A stretch of DNA of 64,000 bases from Candidatus Hodarchaeota archaeon (GCA_048887225.1 JBHLJY010000009.1:39329-103328), one strand, 5' to 3'. Positions 48,639-59,298 are shown, counted from the first letter of the stretch. The notes: generated from the letters alone by a model not told the origin. Numbers and translations are program-made.

Positions 48639-49865
48639 GTGATGAAATTGGAAGGACATGTTCAATTTAAAGATTTAAATTTAGAATATGGATATTCTGC
48701 TATGCCTGAGAGACTTTCCTACTATACTAAAGAGGAAAATGATTTCCGAATGGAAGTGCGTCAATGGTGTAAAGATAACGTTTTACCTGTTGCTGAGAAA
48801 ATCGACCGGAATAGAGATAAAGCATTAGCAGTTGAAACGCTCAAAAAAATGCCTTATTTGGATATAATTGTACCAAAAGAAGCAGGAGGTCAAGGTAAGG
48901 GTATTTTATATCGCACCATTTTTGGTGAGGAATTAACGGCGTTTAGCTACAGTATAGCAGGAATATTTGGGGCATCTTCATGCTTGTTTGCTGGACCAAT
49001 AATAGAATTCGGAACACCAGAACAAAAAAAGAAATATCTTTCTGGCATTGCTGATGGTTCAAAAATAGGCGCTATCGGTATAACTGAACCAACTGGTGGT
49101 TCTGATGCTGTTGGTGGTATGCGATTACGAGCTGTAAAAGACAATGAATACTATGTTCTTAATGGAGAAAAAACCTTTATAACAAACGGGAGTGTTGCTG
49201 ATTATATATGCTTATATGCCATAACAAATGATCAAGTAAAAAAACATCAAGGCATGTCAGCTTTTATTTTTGAAACCGACACAGCAGGATTTGAGGTTGT
49301 CAAAGATTATAAACATATGGGGCGCAGAGGAATGCCTAATTCGCATCTAAGGTTTAATAATTGTAAAGTCCCCGTTGAAAATCTACTTCATAGAGAAAAC
49401 GGGGGATTAGAAGTATTGATGTTTGGTCTTGATGGTGAACGAACATTTACCGCTTCACAATATCTCGGTCTGGCTAGAAGCGCATTTGAAGTGGCATATA
49501 GATATGCTCATAAGCGCCAACAATTTGGAAAATCCCTCTATTCATTTGAGGGAATTTCATTTAAACTTAGTGAAATGTTTATGGACGTAGAACTCTATAG
49601 AATGGCAGTGGCACAAATTGCTCGTATGCTTGATGAAGGTCAACATTGTAGAGCGTCGGTAGCCGCAGTCAAAGCTCGATTAGCAGATGCTACTGTAAGA
49701 ATTTCTCAAGAAGCAATTCAGATTGTTGGAGGACTTGGTTATTCAGAAGAATATCCCTTAGAGCGATATTATCGTGATGCAAAAATAGGTCAAATCTCAG
49801 CAGGAACTGCCGAAATTATGAGATATTTAATTACAAGAGAAATGATTAGAACGTGGGGAAAATAA
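48639..49865 (+). CDS. Acyl-CoA dehydrogenase
   Basis: ITEPTGGSD, NGEKTFITNG, QIVGGLGY and AGTAEI. Confidence 0.95.
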   Translation: MMKLEGHVQFKDLNLEYGYSAMPERLSYYTKEENDFRMEVRQWCKDNVLPVAEKIDRNRDKALAVETLKKMPYLDIIVPKEAGGQGKGILYRTIFGEELTAFSYSIAGIFGASSCLFAGPIIEFGTPEQKKKYLSGIADGSKIGAIGITEPTGGSDAVGGMRLRAVKDNEYYVLNGEKTFITNGSVADYICLYAITNDQVKKHQGMSAFIFETDTAGFEVVKDYKHMGRRGMPNSHLRFNNCKVPVENLLHRENGGLEVLMFGLDGERTFTASQYLGLARSAFEVAYRYAHKRQQFGKSLYSFEGISFKLSEMFMDVELYRMAVAQIARMLDEGQHCRASVAAVKARLADATVRISQEAIQIVGGLGYSEEYPLERYYRDAKIGQISAGTAEIMRYLITREMIRTWGK

Positions 49866-49883
49866 AATTAAGAAGGTGGTTGT

Positions 49884-50678
49884 ATGTCAGAAAAAAAAAT
49901 TGATTTAGCAATCAAAAATAAAATCGCAACAATAACGATTGTTGACCCCGAGAATTACAATCCATTAAATAAAGAAACGGGAAAGCAATTATTAGATGTT
50001 TTAGAATCACTTCGGGATAATAGTGATATTAGATGTATAATAATCACTGGCTCAGGAAAAGCTTTTTCTGCTGGGGGAAATATTAAAGAATTTAAGTTAA
50101 GCATTGAAAATGGCACCCCAGGACAATTAATGGATGATTTGACAAAGATTCTTTACAAAATCGCATTAGTTTTACGCCTTTATCCAAAACCGGTTATTGC
50201 GGCTGTAAACGGTTGGGCTGTTGGAGCAGGGATGAACCTAGCGCTTTCTTGTGATTTTATAATTGCTTCAGAATATGCAAGATTTAGACAGTCTTTTGTT
50301 AAACTTGCCTTAATTCCTGGATTTGCGGGGACTATTTTATTAAGCCATCAACTTACATGGCAACAAGCTATTCAAATGGCTTTTTTTGGGGAGACTTATT
50401 CAGCTGAAGAAATGAAAAAGCTTGGCCTTGTTAACGAAATTGTCCCTGCAGAAAAATTAGAAGAAGTATCACTACAATGGGCTCAAAGATTTGCTAAAGG
50501 ACCTACTTTAACTTACGCAAGGACGAAAAAGTTGTTTTTTGATGCACTCAGTACACCCCTTGAAGACCATCTTGAGAATGAAAGACAAATGCAAATAAAA
50601 TCTGCTGAATCAGAAGATTACAAGATTGGGGTTTTTGCTTTAATCGATAAAAAAGAACCCAATTTTATTGGTAAATAG
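49884..50678 (+). CDS. Enoyl-CoA hydratase/isomerase (PaaG-like crotonase)
   Basis: AFSAGGNI and PVIAAVNGWAVGAG. Confidence 0.93.
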   Translation: MSEKKIDLAIKNKIATITIVDPENYNPLNKETGKQLLDVLESLRDNSDIRCIIITGSGKAFSAGGNIKEFKLSIENGTPGQLMDDLTKILYKIALVLRLYPKPVIAAVNGWAVGAGMNLALSCDFIIASEYARFRQSFVKLALIPGFAGTILLSHQLTWQQAIQMAFFGETYSAEEMKKLGLVNEIVPAEKLEEVSLQWAQRFAKGPTLTYARTKKLFFDALSTPLEDHLENERQMQIKSAESEDYKIGVFALIDKKEPNFIGK

Positions 50679-50686
50679 AAGTAATA

Positions 50687-51553
50687 TCAATTTTTTAATT
50701 TATTTCGAAAAAATGATCTACGAAATCTCTGGTTAAATATTGGTTTTAATCCGATTAAGGAGCGTATTAAATTTTCTCTTGATATATCTCCATGAGATGC
50801 TGATTTTACCCAGCTTTCATTTCCAAATAAATGTTTGACTATTTTTCGTATTTTTATCCCGTTTTTATAAAGCTCAATACTTCGATTTTTAATGTCAGTC
50901 CAATAATCTATCAATTTATCAAGACTTTCGTATTTAAAAATATTGCTATTGGCAGAAAATATCAATTTAGGTTTAAGCTTTTTAAATTTATTAATTGTTT
51001 CTAATATTGCATTAGCGTCTTCCCAATTAAAGATAACATTTAGCGCATCATCGATAATTGCATCAGTAGAAAATAGTAATCTCTTTTTCTCGTGAAAGAA
51101 AGATATAAGATTATTACAGTGTCCGGGAGAGGGAATTATTCTAAAATTTGCCGTTTCTGTTTTTATTTTACTTAAAGAGGGAAGTTCTTGAACTTCACAT
51201 GGTTTTGGAAGTCCCCATATAAGCATCCGCTCTGGAGGGATTCTTATTTTTAATTTAGCCAAAAAAACTGTTTCTTTATTAGCATAAATGGGGAAATTAT
51301 ATTTTTTTATTAAATCATAACAAGCGCCAATATGATCTTCGTGATGATGGCTTAAAACACATTTTTCTATCTCATCAAAGTTCAAATTTTTTAAGAATAC
51401 ATCTTTTGCGTGGTGATGACCATAATCTATAAGAAGCCCATCTACTAAAAACGAGGAAACCCACATTAAAGGTTTATTATTGTTGTCTAGGGTTGACATT
51501 CTGTATATTTTAACAGAATCTTTCTCGATGACTTCTGCCTTGGCTTGTATCAT
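50687..51553 (-). CDS. MBL-fold hydrolase
   Basis: SHHHEDHIG, SPGH and FSTD. Confidence 0.85.
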   Translation of the reverse strand: MIQAKAEVIEKDSVKIYRMSTLDNNNKPLMWVSSFLVDGLLIDYGHHHAKDVFLKNLNFDEIEKCVLSHHHEDHIGACYDLIKKYNFPIYANKETVFLAKLKIRIPPERMLIWGLPKPCEVQELPSLSKIKTETANFRIIPSPGHCNNLISFFHEKKRLLFSTDAIIDDALNVIFNWEDANAILETINKFKKLKPKLIFSANSNIFKYESLDKLIDYWTDIKNRSIELYKNGIKIRKIVKHLFGNESWVKSASHGDISRENLIRSLIGLKPIFNQRFRRSFFRNKLKN

Positions 51554-51577
51554 ATCTTATCTTTAGTAGGAATTTTT

Positions 51578-52423
51578 CTATCGTAAAGGATACTTTGGAT
51601 TTCTCTTTTCAAAAAAAGCGCTGGATCCTTCTTTAACATCGTTTGAAGAGAATGTAACTACAATAGAACTATTTTCAAGCTGAATCATATTTTCTAAACT
51701 TGGCGCGTCAAGGGATAAATTTATTGCTTGTTTTGTCATTCTCAATCCAAGTGGACTTTTTCTTAGCATTTCATTTGCTAAGTTCAATGCTTCATCCAGC
51801 AATTTATTTCTTTCGACCAATTTATAAACCAATCCAATTTTTTCAGCTTCTTTACCATAAATAGCTCTACCAGTTAATAAGATCTCAGCTGCTCTTGACA
51901 TACCTATAAGCCGTGGAAGGAAATAACTTCCACCTACATCTGCTCCACTAAGTCCTATATTAATTGAACCATTGATAAATTTAGCGTCTTCACTAGCAAT
52001 CCGTATATCAGCGGCCATTGCAAAACCAAATCCACCACCTACAGCTGGACCTTTAATAATTGCTATAACTGGCTGGCTAATTCTTCTGAATTTTATAAAA
52101 ATTTGGCTAATTCGCCATTGATGGTACATTTTTCTTTTTAAAGATTCAGGCACATTTAAATAATAAAATTTATCATATCCTTCAGGCTTTCTTTTAGAAT
52201 TTAAAATTAATCCTTCATTTAAATCCGTTCCAGCACAAAATGCTTTCCCTTCTCCCCTCAAGATAACAACACGACAATCTATATCAACCATCAAATTGTC
52301 CAGGCAGTCATGTAACTCTTCTTCCATCTGAAAACTAATCGCGTTTAGTTTTTCTGGTCTATTTAATGTTAAAATACCAATTCCATTTTCTTTTAATTCA
52401 AATTTAATAGTTTCAAAATTCAA
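51578..52423 (-). CDS. Enoyl-CoA hydratase/isomerase
   Basis: LNRPEKLNAI, AFCAGTDL and GPAVGGG. Confidence 0.93.
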   Translation of the reverse strand: MNFETIKFELKENGIGILTLNRPEKLNAISFQMEEELHDCLDNLMVDIDCRVVILRGEGKAFCAGTDLNEGLILNSKRKPEGYDKFYYLNVPESLKRKMYHQWRISQIFIKFRRISQPVIAIIKGPAVGGGFGFAMAADIRIASEDAKFINGSINIGLSGADVGGSYFLPRLIGMSRAAEILLTGRAIYGKEAEKIGLVYKLVERNKLLDEALNLANEMLRKSPLGLRMTKQAINLSLDAPSLENMIQLENSSIVVTFSSNDVKEGSSAFFEKRNPKYPLR

Positions 52424-52561
52424 ACTTCTTTCCCTCTTTAATGATTTTTAAGTTTAATATGTACTTAAATTAAAGATAATTTAATAATTTAGAAATAGTC
52501 AGATTTTTATTTTTAAAAAATAAAGTTAGATTTTAAAAATCATAAAACAATAAAAGAAATT

Positions 52562-52714
52562 ATGACAGCTGTTAGTTTGAAAATAAATGATCAGGAGATT
52601 CCCCTAAACGATTTTATGCAAGAGATGCTAAGTAACTTAATGTTAGGTTATTTAAAGGCAGCTAAAGAAGTTCCAGAAGATATCAAGACTATAAGCATTA
52701 AAATCCAACTATAA
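52562..52714 (+). CDS. 50-aa protein resembling the C-terminal domain of archaeal MobB
   Basis: Manual translation MTAVSLKINDQEIPLNDFMQEMLSNLMLGYLKAAKEVPEDIKTISIKIQL; followed by a T-run. Confidence 0.75.
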   Translation: MTAVSLKINDQEIPLNDFMQEMLSNLMLGYLKAAKEVPEDIKTISIKIQL

Positions 52715-52786
52715 TTCTTACTTTTTTTTCAATTTTTTATTTATTCTCTTCTAAAAAAAAGAAAAGAGTAATTTTTTATTTTTGAA

Positions 52787-54109
52787 TTAATAAAGTTCTT
52801 GAATCGCTTTCCTTTTTGCTAATTTTTCCTCTTCACTAAGTTCTGCCACTTCTCTCTTTACAAAAAACATCAAGATAAATGAAATAATTAAGAAGAACGC
52901 GCATACTAACATAAAATAATTCCATCCTATCCAATCCATAAATGCCCCAAAAATAATCGGTCCTAAAAAAGCAGCCGAAAAACTAAACGCATAATATACT
53001 CCTGTATAAGTACCTATTTTCTTAGCACTAGGTGCCATTCCCCATATAAGTACAATAGTATTAACTATAACGCATGCATAACCAATTCCAACTAAAATAA
53101 GAACAAATATTATGAATTCCATTGTCTGAAAGAAATAACCTAATATCAACGCACTAGCAAATATCGCAAGTCCTATTTTAATAAATAATCTTCTTCCAAA
53201 TTTTTCAGCTAGAATTGCTAAAGGAAAAGCGGCAATTATAAATGTTAGACCTACATAAAAAAGTAAAAATCCTGCTTGACCTGGAGTTGCTCCTAAAATT
53301 ATTGTAGCATATACCGTTACAAATGCTCTTACTCCATAATAACCAAGTGAGAGGGCGAAGATGGCTAATAAAGCAAAGAGAGTACTTTTATCTTCTTCTT
53401 TTGCTATGTCTTTAAGACTTGTCATTAAACTAGATTTTTCTTTTTTGTCTTTAACTTTCTCACCTATTTCCGCTTCCATTTTCAATAATAATTGGTAACT
53501 GAAAGAATTTTTTTCTTTTATTGTTAATATAAGTATAATTAAACTAATAATCATAATAATTGCTACCGTAATAAATGCTAGTTGTAAGCTAATATCCACT
53601 AAAAGTCCACTTATTACTGCTGCTACGACAACTGAAAGAGCCCCCATCATATTTATGATGGAATTTGCCTTGCTCCTATGTTCTAGAATAATAAAATCTG
53701 GCATAAGAGCTACGGCTTGAGATCTAAAGAATGACATTGCAAATATGAACAAAAATATCAGTATTATGACTCCTATTAAGGTTGTCTGAAATGCAATTAA
53801 TATGAAAAACAATGCTCCTAAAGGGATTCCAACAATTATATAAGGCATTCTTCGTCCTAACCTAGTTCGCGTATTATCTGAGATATTTCCCATTATTGGT
53901 TGAATAATTGCACCCATAAGATTATCAATTCCTAAAATAATACCAACGATAAGAGCCGAAAGTAGAAATTTATTTTTGAGGAGGATACTTACTTGACTAT
54001 CATACATATTCCAAACTACTTCCGTAGCGAAAAATGCTAAGCCAATAAGAAATACGAGCCCAACTTTAAATTTTTCTTGTTTAATAGCTTCTTCCGACAT
54101 GTTTATCAA
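52787..54109 (-). CDS. MFS transporter (sugar/maltose, SLC45-like)
   Basis: QPIMGNISDNTRTRLGRRMPY and about 12 TM segments. Confidence 0.92.
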   Translation of the reverse strand: MINMSEEAIKQEKFKVGLVFLIGLAFFATEVVWNMYDSQVSILLKNKFLLSALIVGIILGIDNLMGAIIQPIMGNISDNTRTRLGRRMPYIIVGIPLGALFFILIAFQTTLIGVIILIFLFIFAMSFFRSQAVALMPDFIILEHRSKANSIINMMGALSVVVAAVISGLLVDISLQLAFITVAIIMIISLIILILTIKEKNSFSYQLLLKMEAEIGEKVKDKKEKSSLMTSLKDIAKEEDKSTLFALLAIFALSLGYYGVRAFVTVYATIILGATPGQAGFLLFYVGLTFIIAAFPLAILAEKFGRRLFIKIGLAIFASALILGYFFQTMEFIIFVLILVGIGYACVIVNTIVLIWGMAPSAKKIGTYTGVYYAFSFSAAFLGPIIFGAFMDWIGWNYFMLVCAFFLIISFILMFFVKREVAELSEEEKLAKRKAIQELY

Positions 54110-54220
54110 TCCTTTATTAAAATTAATTTTATTTAAGATAATTATATGTTTTCTTTTAAAAGAATTTAAAGCTATTCCTCATTTTTTTAGAATATAAATA
54201 GAGATAAAAAAGGATGAAGA

Positions 54221-55093
54221 TCAATTACTCAATATATCTCGCATTTTTGACACAATTGCTTTAAAAACTTTAGAACTTTTAGAATCGGGATACTTTAGAA
54301 TAAAAGGTAAACCTTGGTCTCCTTGTTGACCAATTTCAGTCTCAAACGGAATCTTTCCAAGTAAATCAACGCTAAAATCTTTAGAAGCTTTCTCAGCGCC
54401 TCCACTGCCAAAAATTTCTATGAACTCGCCACATTTTGGACAATTAAATCCTGACATGTTTTCAATAATTCCTAAAACTTTTCTATTCATTACTTTTGAC
54501 ATTTTTATAGTTTTTCGAGCGTCCATAAGTGCTACTTCTTGAGGTGTAGTAACAACAATTACATTTTCATCTGGTATTAATTGTAAAATATCTAAAGTCT
54601 CATCAGATGTACCTGGTGGTAAATCACAAACAAGATAATCGAGTTCTCCCCATACAGCATCCCCTAAAAATTGTCTTAAAGCGGCCATCTTCATAGGACC
54701 CCTCCAAATAACTGGATCATCTGGGCCAAATATTAGAAACGCCATACTCATTACTTTAATGTTTAATGGTCCATTGATGGGATAAAATTTTCTAGCCTCA
54801 TGGTCAACTCTTGGTTTTAACTCTGGGTTTATACCCAACATTTTGACAACATTTGGTCCCGTTATATCAACATCTAAAATCCCGACTCTTAATCCTACAC
54901 TAGCTAAACTAATCGCAAGGTTGACAGCGACAGTAGTTTTTCCAACACCCCCTTTTCCAGAAATTACAACTATCTTATGTTTGATTTTTGCCATGTTTTC
55001 TTTTATGTTTTCTATTCCATTATCTATGATTTCGTTTTTTCCTTCAGATACTAACTTTTTTAGGTTAATGTCAGGTATTTCCTCATTTGTCAT
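54221..55093 (-). CDS. mrp: Mrp/NBP35 Fe-S cluster carrier ATPase
   Basis: SGKGGVGKTT, DVDITGP, WRGP, DLPPGTSD and ENMSGFNCPKC. Confidence 0.94.
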   Translation of the reverse strand: MTNEEIPDINLKKLVSEGKNEIIDNGIENIKENMAKIKHKIVVISGKGGVGKTTVAVNLAISLASVGLRVGILDVDITGPNVVKMLGINPELKPRVDHEARKFYPINGPLNIKVMSMAFLIFGPDDPVIWRGPMKMAALRQFLGDAVWGELDYLVCDLPPGTSDETLDILQLIPDENVIVVTTPQEVALMDARKTIKMSKVMNRKVLGIIENMSGFNCPKCGEFIEIFGSGGAEKASKDFSVDLLGKIPFETEIGQQGDQGLPFILKYPDSKSSKVFKAIVSKMRDILSN

Positions 55094-55383
55094 ATTATTT
55101 TATCTCATCCTTAAGAAATTAAAAGTTCTCTATAATTATATAGATTTAACGCATCTCTTAAATTATCCTATAATAATTTATGAAAAAGAATAGATTTTTT
55201 GTTATATTTTAAATTTTATCAAGATTAAATTTTTATATTCATTGAAAAATGTATTAAGTTATCATCATATCTTTTAATCGTAGATTTTATCCATAATTTA
55301 TGAAGAATAATCTAAAAAAATTAATGGAATCATACTTATTAAGAGAATAGAATGGAATAATAATGTTATAAAGGTGATTTCGA

Positions 55384-55866
55384 ATTCCAACGCAAAATTT
55401 CATGGATTTATATAAGTATTTGCCTAAAACTAATTGTAAGAAATGTGGAAATACATGTATGGCATTTGCTTTAGATTTACTGCAAGGTAAAGTTAAGGTT
55501 GAAGATTGTCCTCCTATTTTAGAGCCTAAATATAAGAAGCAACATGATACTTTAAAAGAAATGCTAGGGGCTGAGGAAGGACAGAAAAAAGAATTAAAAA
55601 TAAATGTTGATGATGAGATATGTGATGGATGCGGAATTTGTGTTACAATTTGCCCCGTCAATGCTCGATATTGTCCGCCTACTTTAAGTGGGAAAGCACC
55701 CGAATTTCCTCCCGAAAAACATCAATTATTTCAAGTTAAAGGAGGAAAATGTGAATTATTAAATCTCAAGTATTGTAGAAGGTTAGAAGCAGAAGGTAGA
55801 GAAAGAGAATGTCGAGTTTGTGAAACTTATTGTCCTCGAGAAGCTATTAAAATTGAATATATCTAA
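55384..55866 (+). CDS. FwdG-like Fe-S protein (FeS domain plus ferredoxin); start ATT 55384 or ATG 55402
   Basis: LPKTNCKKCG..CMAFA..CP, CDGCGICVTICP and CRVCETYCP; first gene of the fwd-like operon. Confidence 0.85.
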   Translation: MPTQNFMDLYKYLPKTNCKKCGNTCMAFALDLLQGKVKVEDCPPILEPKYKKQHDTLKEMLGAEEGQKKELKINVDDEICDGCGICVTICPVNARYCPPTLSGKAPEFPPEKHQLFQVKGGKCELLNLKYCRRLEAEGRERECRVCETYCPREAIKIEYI

Positions 55867-55905
55867 TTTTATGGAAATAGAAAAATTATTAAATGAGTTA
55901 AATAT

Positions 55906-57204
55906 ATGAAAAGAATTCCATGTTCGGGATGTTCATTAATCTGCGACGATATAATTGTCAGAAGCGATGGAATCTTTATAGATGAAGTTATTGGAGCATG
56001 TTCAAAGGGTAAAGAGCGGTTTGATCAAGTAACTGCCAAGAATCGAATATTAACTCCAATGATTAGAAAAAATGGGAAATTAGAAAATGTTTCGTGGGAA
56101 ATCGCATTCGAAAAAGTAATTGAACTTTTAAAGACTTCTACTAAGCCTATATTATATGGATTTTCAAATGTAGCCTGCGAGGCTCAATTAAAAGGAATAG
56201 AATTAGCGAAGGCTATTGATGGTTTTATTGATTCTAATTCTATTATCTGCCAAGGAAGGTTGTTAAATATAGCTAAAAAAACAGGAATTACGGTCACAAC
56301 TTTGTCAGAAATAATTAATAAAGCCGATATGATTGTTTTATGGGGTGCAAATGTAGCAGAATCAATTCCTCGACTTTTAAATAAAACTCTTTTTTCGCGT
56401 GGGAAATTTCGAATGACTGGAAGAGAAATTAGAACTTTAATCGTCGTAGATCCTGTGAAAACCGCTTCTTTTAATGTAATGGGCGTTCGTGATTTAGCTT
56501 TATTAATTAAACCTAATAGTGATTTAGATTTAATTCGAATATTGAAAGAAGAGTGCTGTAAAGCTGATAGCATTCCACCAAAGGGTATTGCAGGAATCGA
56601 TAAGGATGATCTTAAAAGATTTTTACTCCATTTATCAGGAGCAGAGAATGGAGTTGTATTTATTGGTCAAGGACTTTTAAAACCTCAAGTGGAATCAAAT
56701 GCGCTTGTAGAGTTTTTAGAATTAATACAGATGATTAATTTAAAACAAGAAAAAGGCCGTATTTCAATTGTACTAATGGGAGGGCATTTTAACATGGTTG
56801 GCTTTGACCAAGTTTCATTATCTATTTATGGTAAAAATGGAAGTTTACAATTTAGTAATAAAGAGTTGATTGAAAATAACGATACAATTGTTTCAAAACT
56901 TAATAATGACGATTTTGACTGTTCGTTAATTGTAGGTACAGATCCAATTTCACACTTTCCATCTAAATTAAGTAAAAAATTATCCTCTAAACCATTAATT
57001 GTTATTGATAATAAAAAATCTGCGACATCACATATAGCCGATGTTGTTTTGCCGACTGCAATAACAGGAATAGAGACTAACGGTTTAGCCTATAGATTAG
57101 ATCAAGTTCCTATTGAATTGCAACAAATTGTCAAACCGCCAAGTAATGTACCCAATGATGAAGAATTATTATCACAAATATTAGATAAACTTACTAAGGA
57201 ATAA
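55906..57204 (+). CDS. fwdB: Formylmethanofuran dehydrogenase subunit B-like (divergent)
   Basis: CSGCSLICDD..C 4Fe-4S motif, ADMIVLWGAN, GHFN and VGTDP. Confidence 0.85.
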   Translation: MKRIPCSGCSLICDDIIVRSDGIFIDEVIGACSKGKERFDQVTAKNRILTPMIRKNGKLENVSWEIAFEKVIELLKTSTKPILYGFSNVACEAQLKGIELAKAIDGFIDSNSIICQGRLLNIAKKTGITVTTLSEIINKADMIVLWGANVAESIPRLLNKTLFSRGKFRMTGREIRTLIVVDPVKTASFNVMGVRDLALLIKPNSDLDLIRILKEECCKADSIPPKGIAGIDKDDLKRFLLHLSGAENGVVFIGQGLLKPQVESNALVEFLELIQMINLKQEKGRISIVLMGGHFNMVGFDQVSLSIYGKNGSLQFSNKELIENNDTIVSKLNNDDFDCSLIVGTDPISHFPSKLSKKLSSKPLIVIDNKKSATSHIADVVLPTAITGIETNGLAYRLDQVPIELQQIVKPPSNVPNDEELLSQILDKLTKE

Positions 57205-57219
57205 GTTGGTGTTTGAATT

Positions 57220-57591
57220 ATGAAGATGACACTAAACACAGTAAGGATGGCTGATTATGATCAAGCTCGAGAGCATGCATTTGGAGATGATCAATCTTTA
57301 AAGGATAATTTGGCAATAGGAATAATTAATCCCGAAGATTTTAAAAATTTAAATTTAACTCCAAGTTTACATTTAAAATTATCCAATGAATACGGGGAAG
57401 TTATCATTAAAATCAAAGAAGATAAAGATATACCTCAAGGTACGATAATTATGCCGGTTTCAATATGGGCAAATCAATTAACAGCTGTTATAGGAAACGA
57501 GATTGAGTTCAAAAATATTGAGGTAAATGTCGAAGCTACAAGAGAGCCCATACTAAACTTTACAGAATTGATTTCAGCAATAAAAGGTTAG
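57220..57591 (+). CDS. fwdD: Formylmethanofuran dehydrogenase subunit D-like (molybdopterin dinucleotide-binding)
   Basis: INPEDF, NEYGEV, GTIIMP..IWAN and FKNIEV. Confidence 0.85.
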   Translation: MKMTLNTVRMADYDQAREHAFGDDQSLKDNLAIGIINPEDFKNLNLTPSLHLKLSNEYGEVIIKIKEDKDIPQGTIIMPVSIWANQLTAVIGNEIEFKNIEVNVEATREPILNFTELISAIKG

Positions 57592-57615
57592 GTAAATGTT
57601 GAAAGAGGTTTAAGA

Positions 57616-59292
57616 ATGCAGCCTTTAATAATAAAAAATGGTTTGGTTTTCGACCCACTTAACGATATAAAAGGCGAAAAGAAAGATATTTTAATTGAGA
57701 ATGGAAAAATAGTAGAAAAATTTTCTAGCAAACGTAAAGTTAAGGAAATTGATGCAAATCGAAAGACAATAATTCCAGCAGCTTTAGATATTCATACTCA
57801 TATAGCATCCCAACAACTTAATTGGGCACGATTATTAGGTTCAAATAACAAATTATTTCAAAAAATATGGAAGGGATTAACCTTAGAGAATATAGCTAAG
57901 GATTATATTTCTAATGGATATACATTCATTCTTGAAGCAAATGTATTTCCCTCTCTAACAAAATCAACCATCTTTAATTTCAATCGTTTACCTGTTTTAG
58001 ATAAAGCTATGCTATTAAATGTAAGTAATTTATGGCCTTTAGAATTAGAATTTCAAAGGGGTAAAATAGAAGATATGGCTGTGTTTCTTTCTGACCTCTT
58101 ATCAATAACTAAAGGTTTCGGTTTGAAAGTGTATAATCCATTTGAATCAGAAAATTGGAATTTTAAATCTTTAAGAAAAGATATAATGGGAAAAGGGAGA
58201 TTATGTAATTTTTCCGCTCTTGATGTGTATGAGAATTTAACTAAAGCAAATGAACATTTAGGGCTTCCACATTCCATTCATGCTCATATAGAAGGGTACG
58301 AGAGCTTGAAAGCAAAAAATAACTTGTTTACAATTCTAAATAAAATCATTTCTTTAAATTTAGAGCCAAATTCTAAAATAAATTCTAAAATAAAGCGTTC
58401 ACAAATTTTTCATATGGCACATGCATCTACATATAATATCGATGGTAATAACGCAGAATTAATTAATTTATTAAATTCTAATGAAAATATTAACTTAGAT
58501 TTAGGATTTATAGGATTCAATCAAATCAATCCCTTGATTACAGCAGATAGAAGATTAATAGATTCTCTATTAAAGATAGATAGCAATAATACTACTTATA
58601 AATTAATTAGAGCTGCGGTTGAATTTGAAGGGGATATATTTGCGACATTTAGAAATTTTGATAAAGATAACATAACAAATTGCTATTTGTGGAGTAATGC
58701 TTTAGATATTGCCCTCAATGTTAAAGATATCTGGCAATTACAATTTTCCATCAATTTTCCGAATTATGCAAATATTACAGATGTGCCTGAAATAGCAGTA
58801 TGGCTAGTAAGTAAAAGTGCTAGAGATGATTTTATGAAAGATATGAATAGAGAATTTCTAAAAGACAATCCTTTGATAAATAATGATAAAACTACAACAT
58901 TTAACGAATTTATTATTTTAACCCGAGCAAGTCCAGCTAAATCCTTAGGACTTGGAAGTATAAAAGGCAATCTTGGCGTTGGTTCTGATGCTGACATTAA
59001 TATTTTAAATCTCGATATTAACGAAATCGATATTTCTAAGGATTTTAACAGCTTTAAAAATGCGTTAACCAATATAGAATATGTTATAAAAGCAGGTAAC
59101 GTTATTAAAGAGAAAGAAAAGATTGACTTCTCGCATCAAGGCAGTATATTTTGGTCCCAAGGAAAACCAGAAAAGGAAGATAAATTATTAACAATGAAAA
59201 ATAAAAGAGAATTTTATCAAAAATTTAGCTCTATTTTCTACGATTCCTTAAAAATTTCAACAGAAAATAGTTTATTGAGAGAAATTAATTAA
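57616..59292 (+). CDS. fwdA: Formylmethanofuran dehydrogenase subunit A-like amidohydrolase (divergent)
   Basis: IIKNGLVFDP, DIHTH, GLKVYNP, LPHSIHAH and TRASPAKSLGL. Confidence 0.87.
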   Translation: MQPLIIKNGLVFDPLNDIKGEKKDILIENGKIVEKFSSKRKVKEIDANRKTIIPAALDIHTHIASQQLNWARLLGSNNKLFQKIWKGLTLENIAKDYISNGYTFILEANVFPSLTKSTIFNFNRLPVLDKAMLLNVSNLWPLELEFQRGKIEDMAVFLSDLLSITKGFGLKVYNPFESENWNFKSLRKDIMGKGRLCNFSALDVYENLTKANEHLGLPHSIHAHIEGYESLKAKNNLFTILNKIISLNLEPNSKINSKIKRSQIFHMAHASTYNIDGNNAELINLLNSNENINLDLGFIGFNQINPLITADRRLIDSLLKIDSNNTTYKLIRAAVEFEGDIFATFRNFDKDNITNCYLWSNALDIALNVKDIWQLQFSINFPNYANITDVPEIAVWLVSKSARDDFMKDMNREFLKDNPLINNDKTTTFNEFIILTRASPAKSLGLGSIKGNLGVGSDADINILNLDINEIDISKDFNSFKNALTNIEYVIKAGNVIKEKEKIDFSHQGSIFWSQGKPEKEDKLLTMKNKREFYQKFSSIFYDSLKISTENSLLREIN

Positions 59293-59298
59293 TAAATT

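Noticed and set aside
55906-57204. Possible selenocysteine FwdB (FwuB)
   Set aside because: The ligand position is a Cys codon (TGC) and the ORF is uninterrupted.
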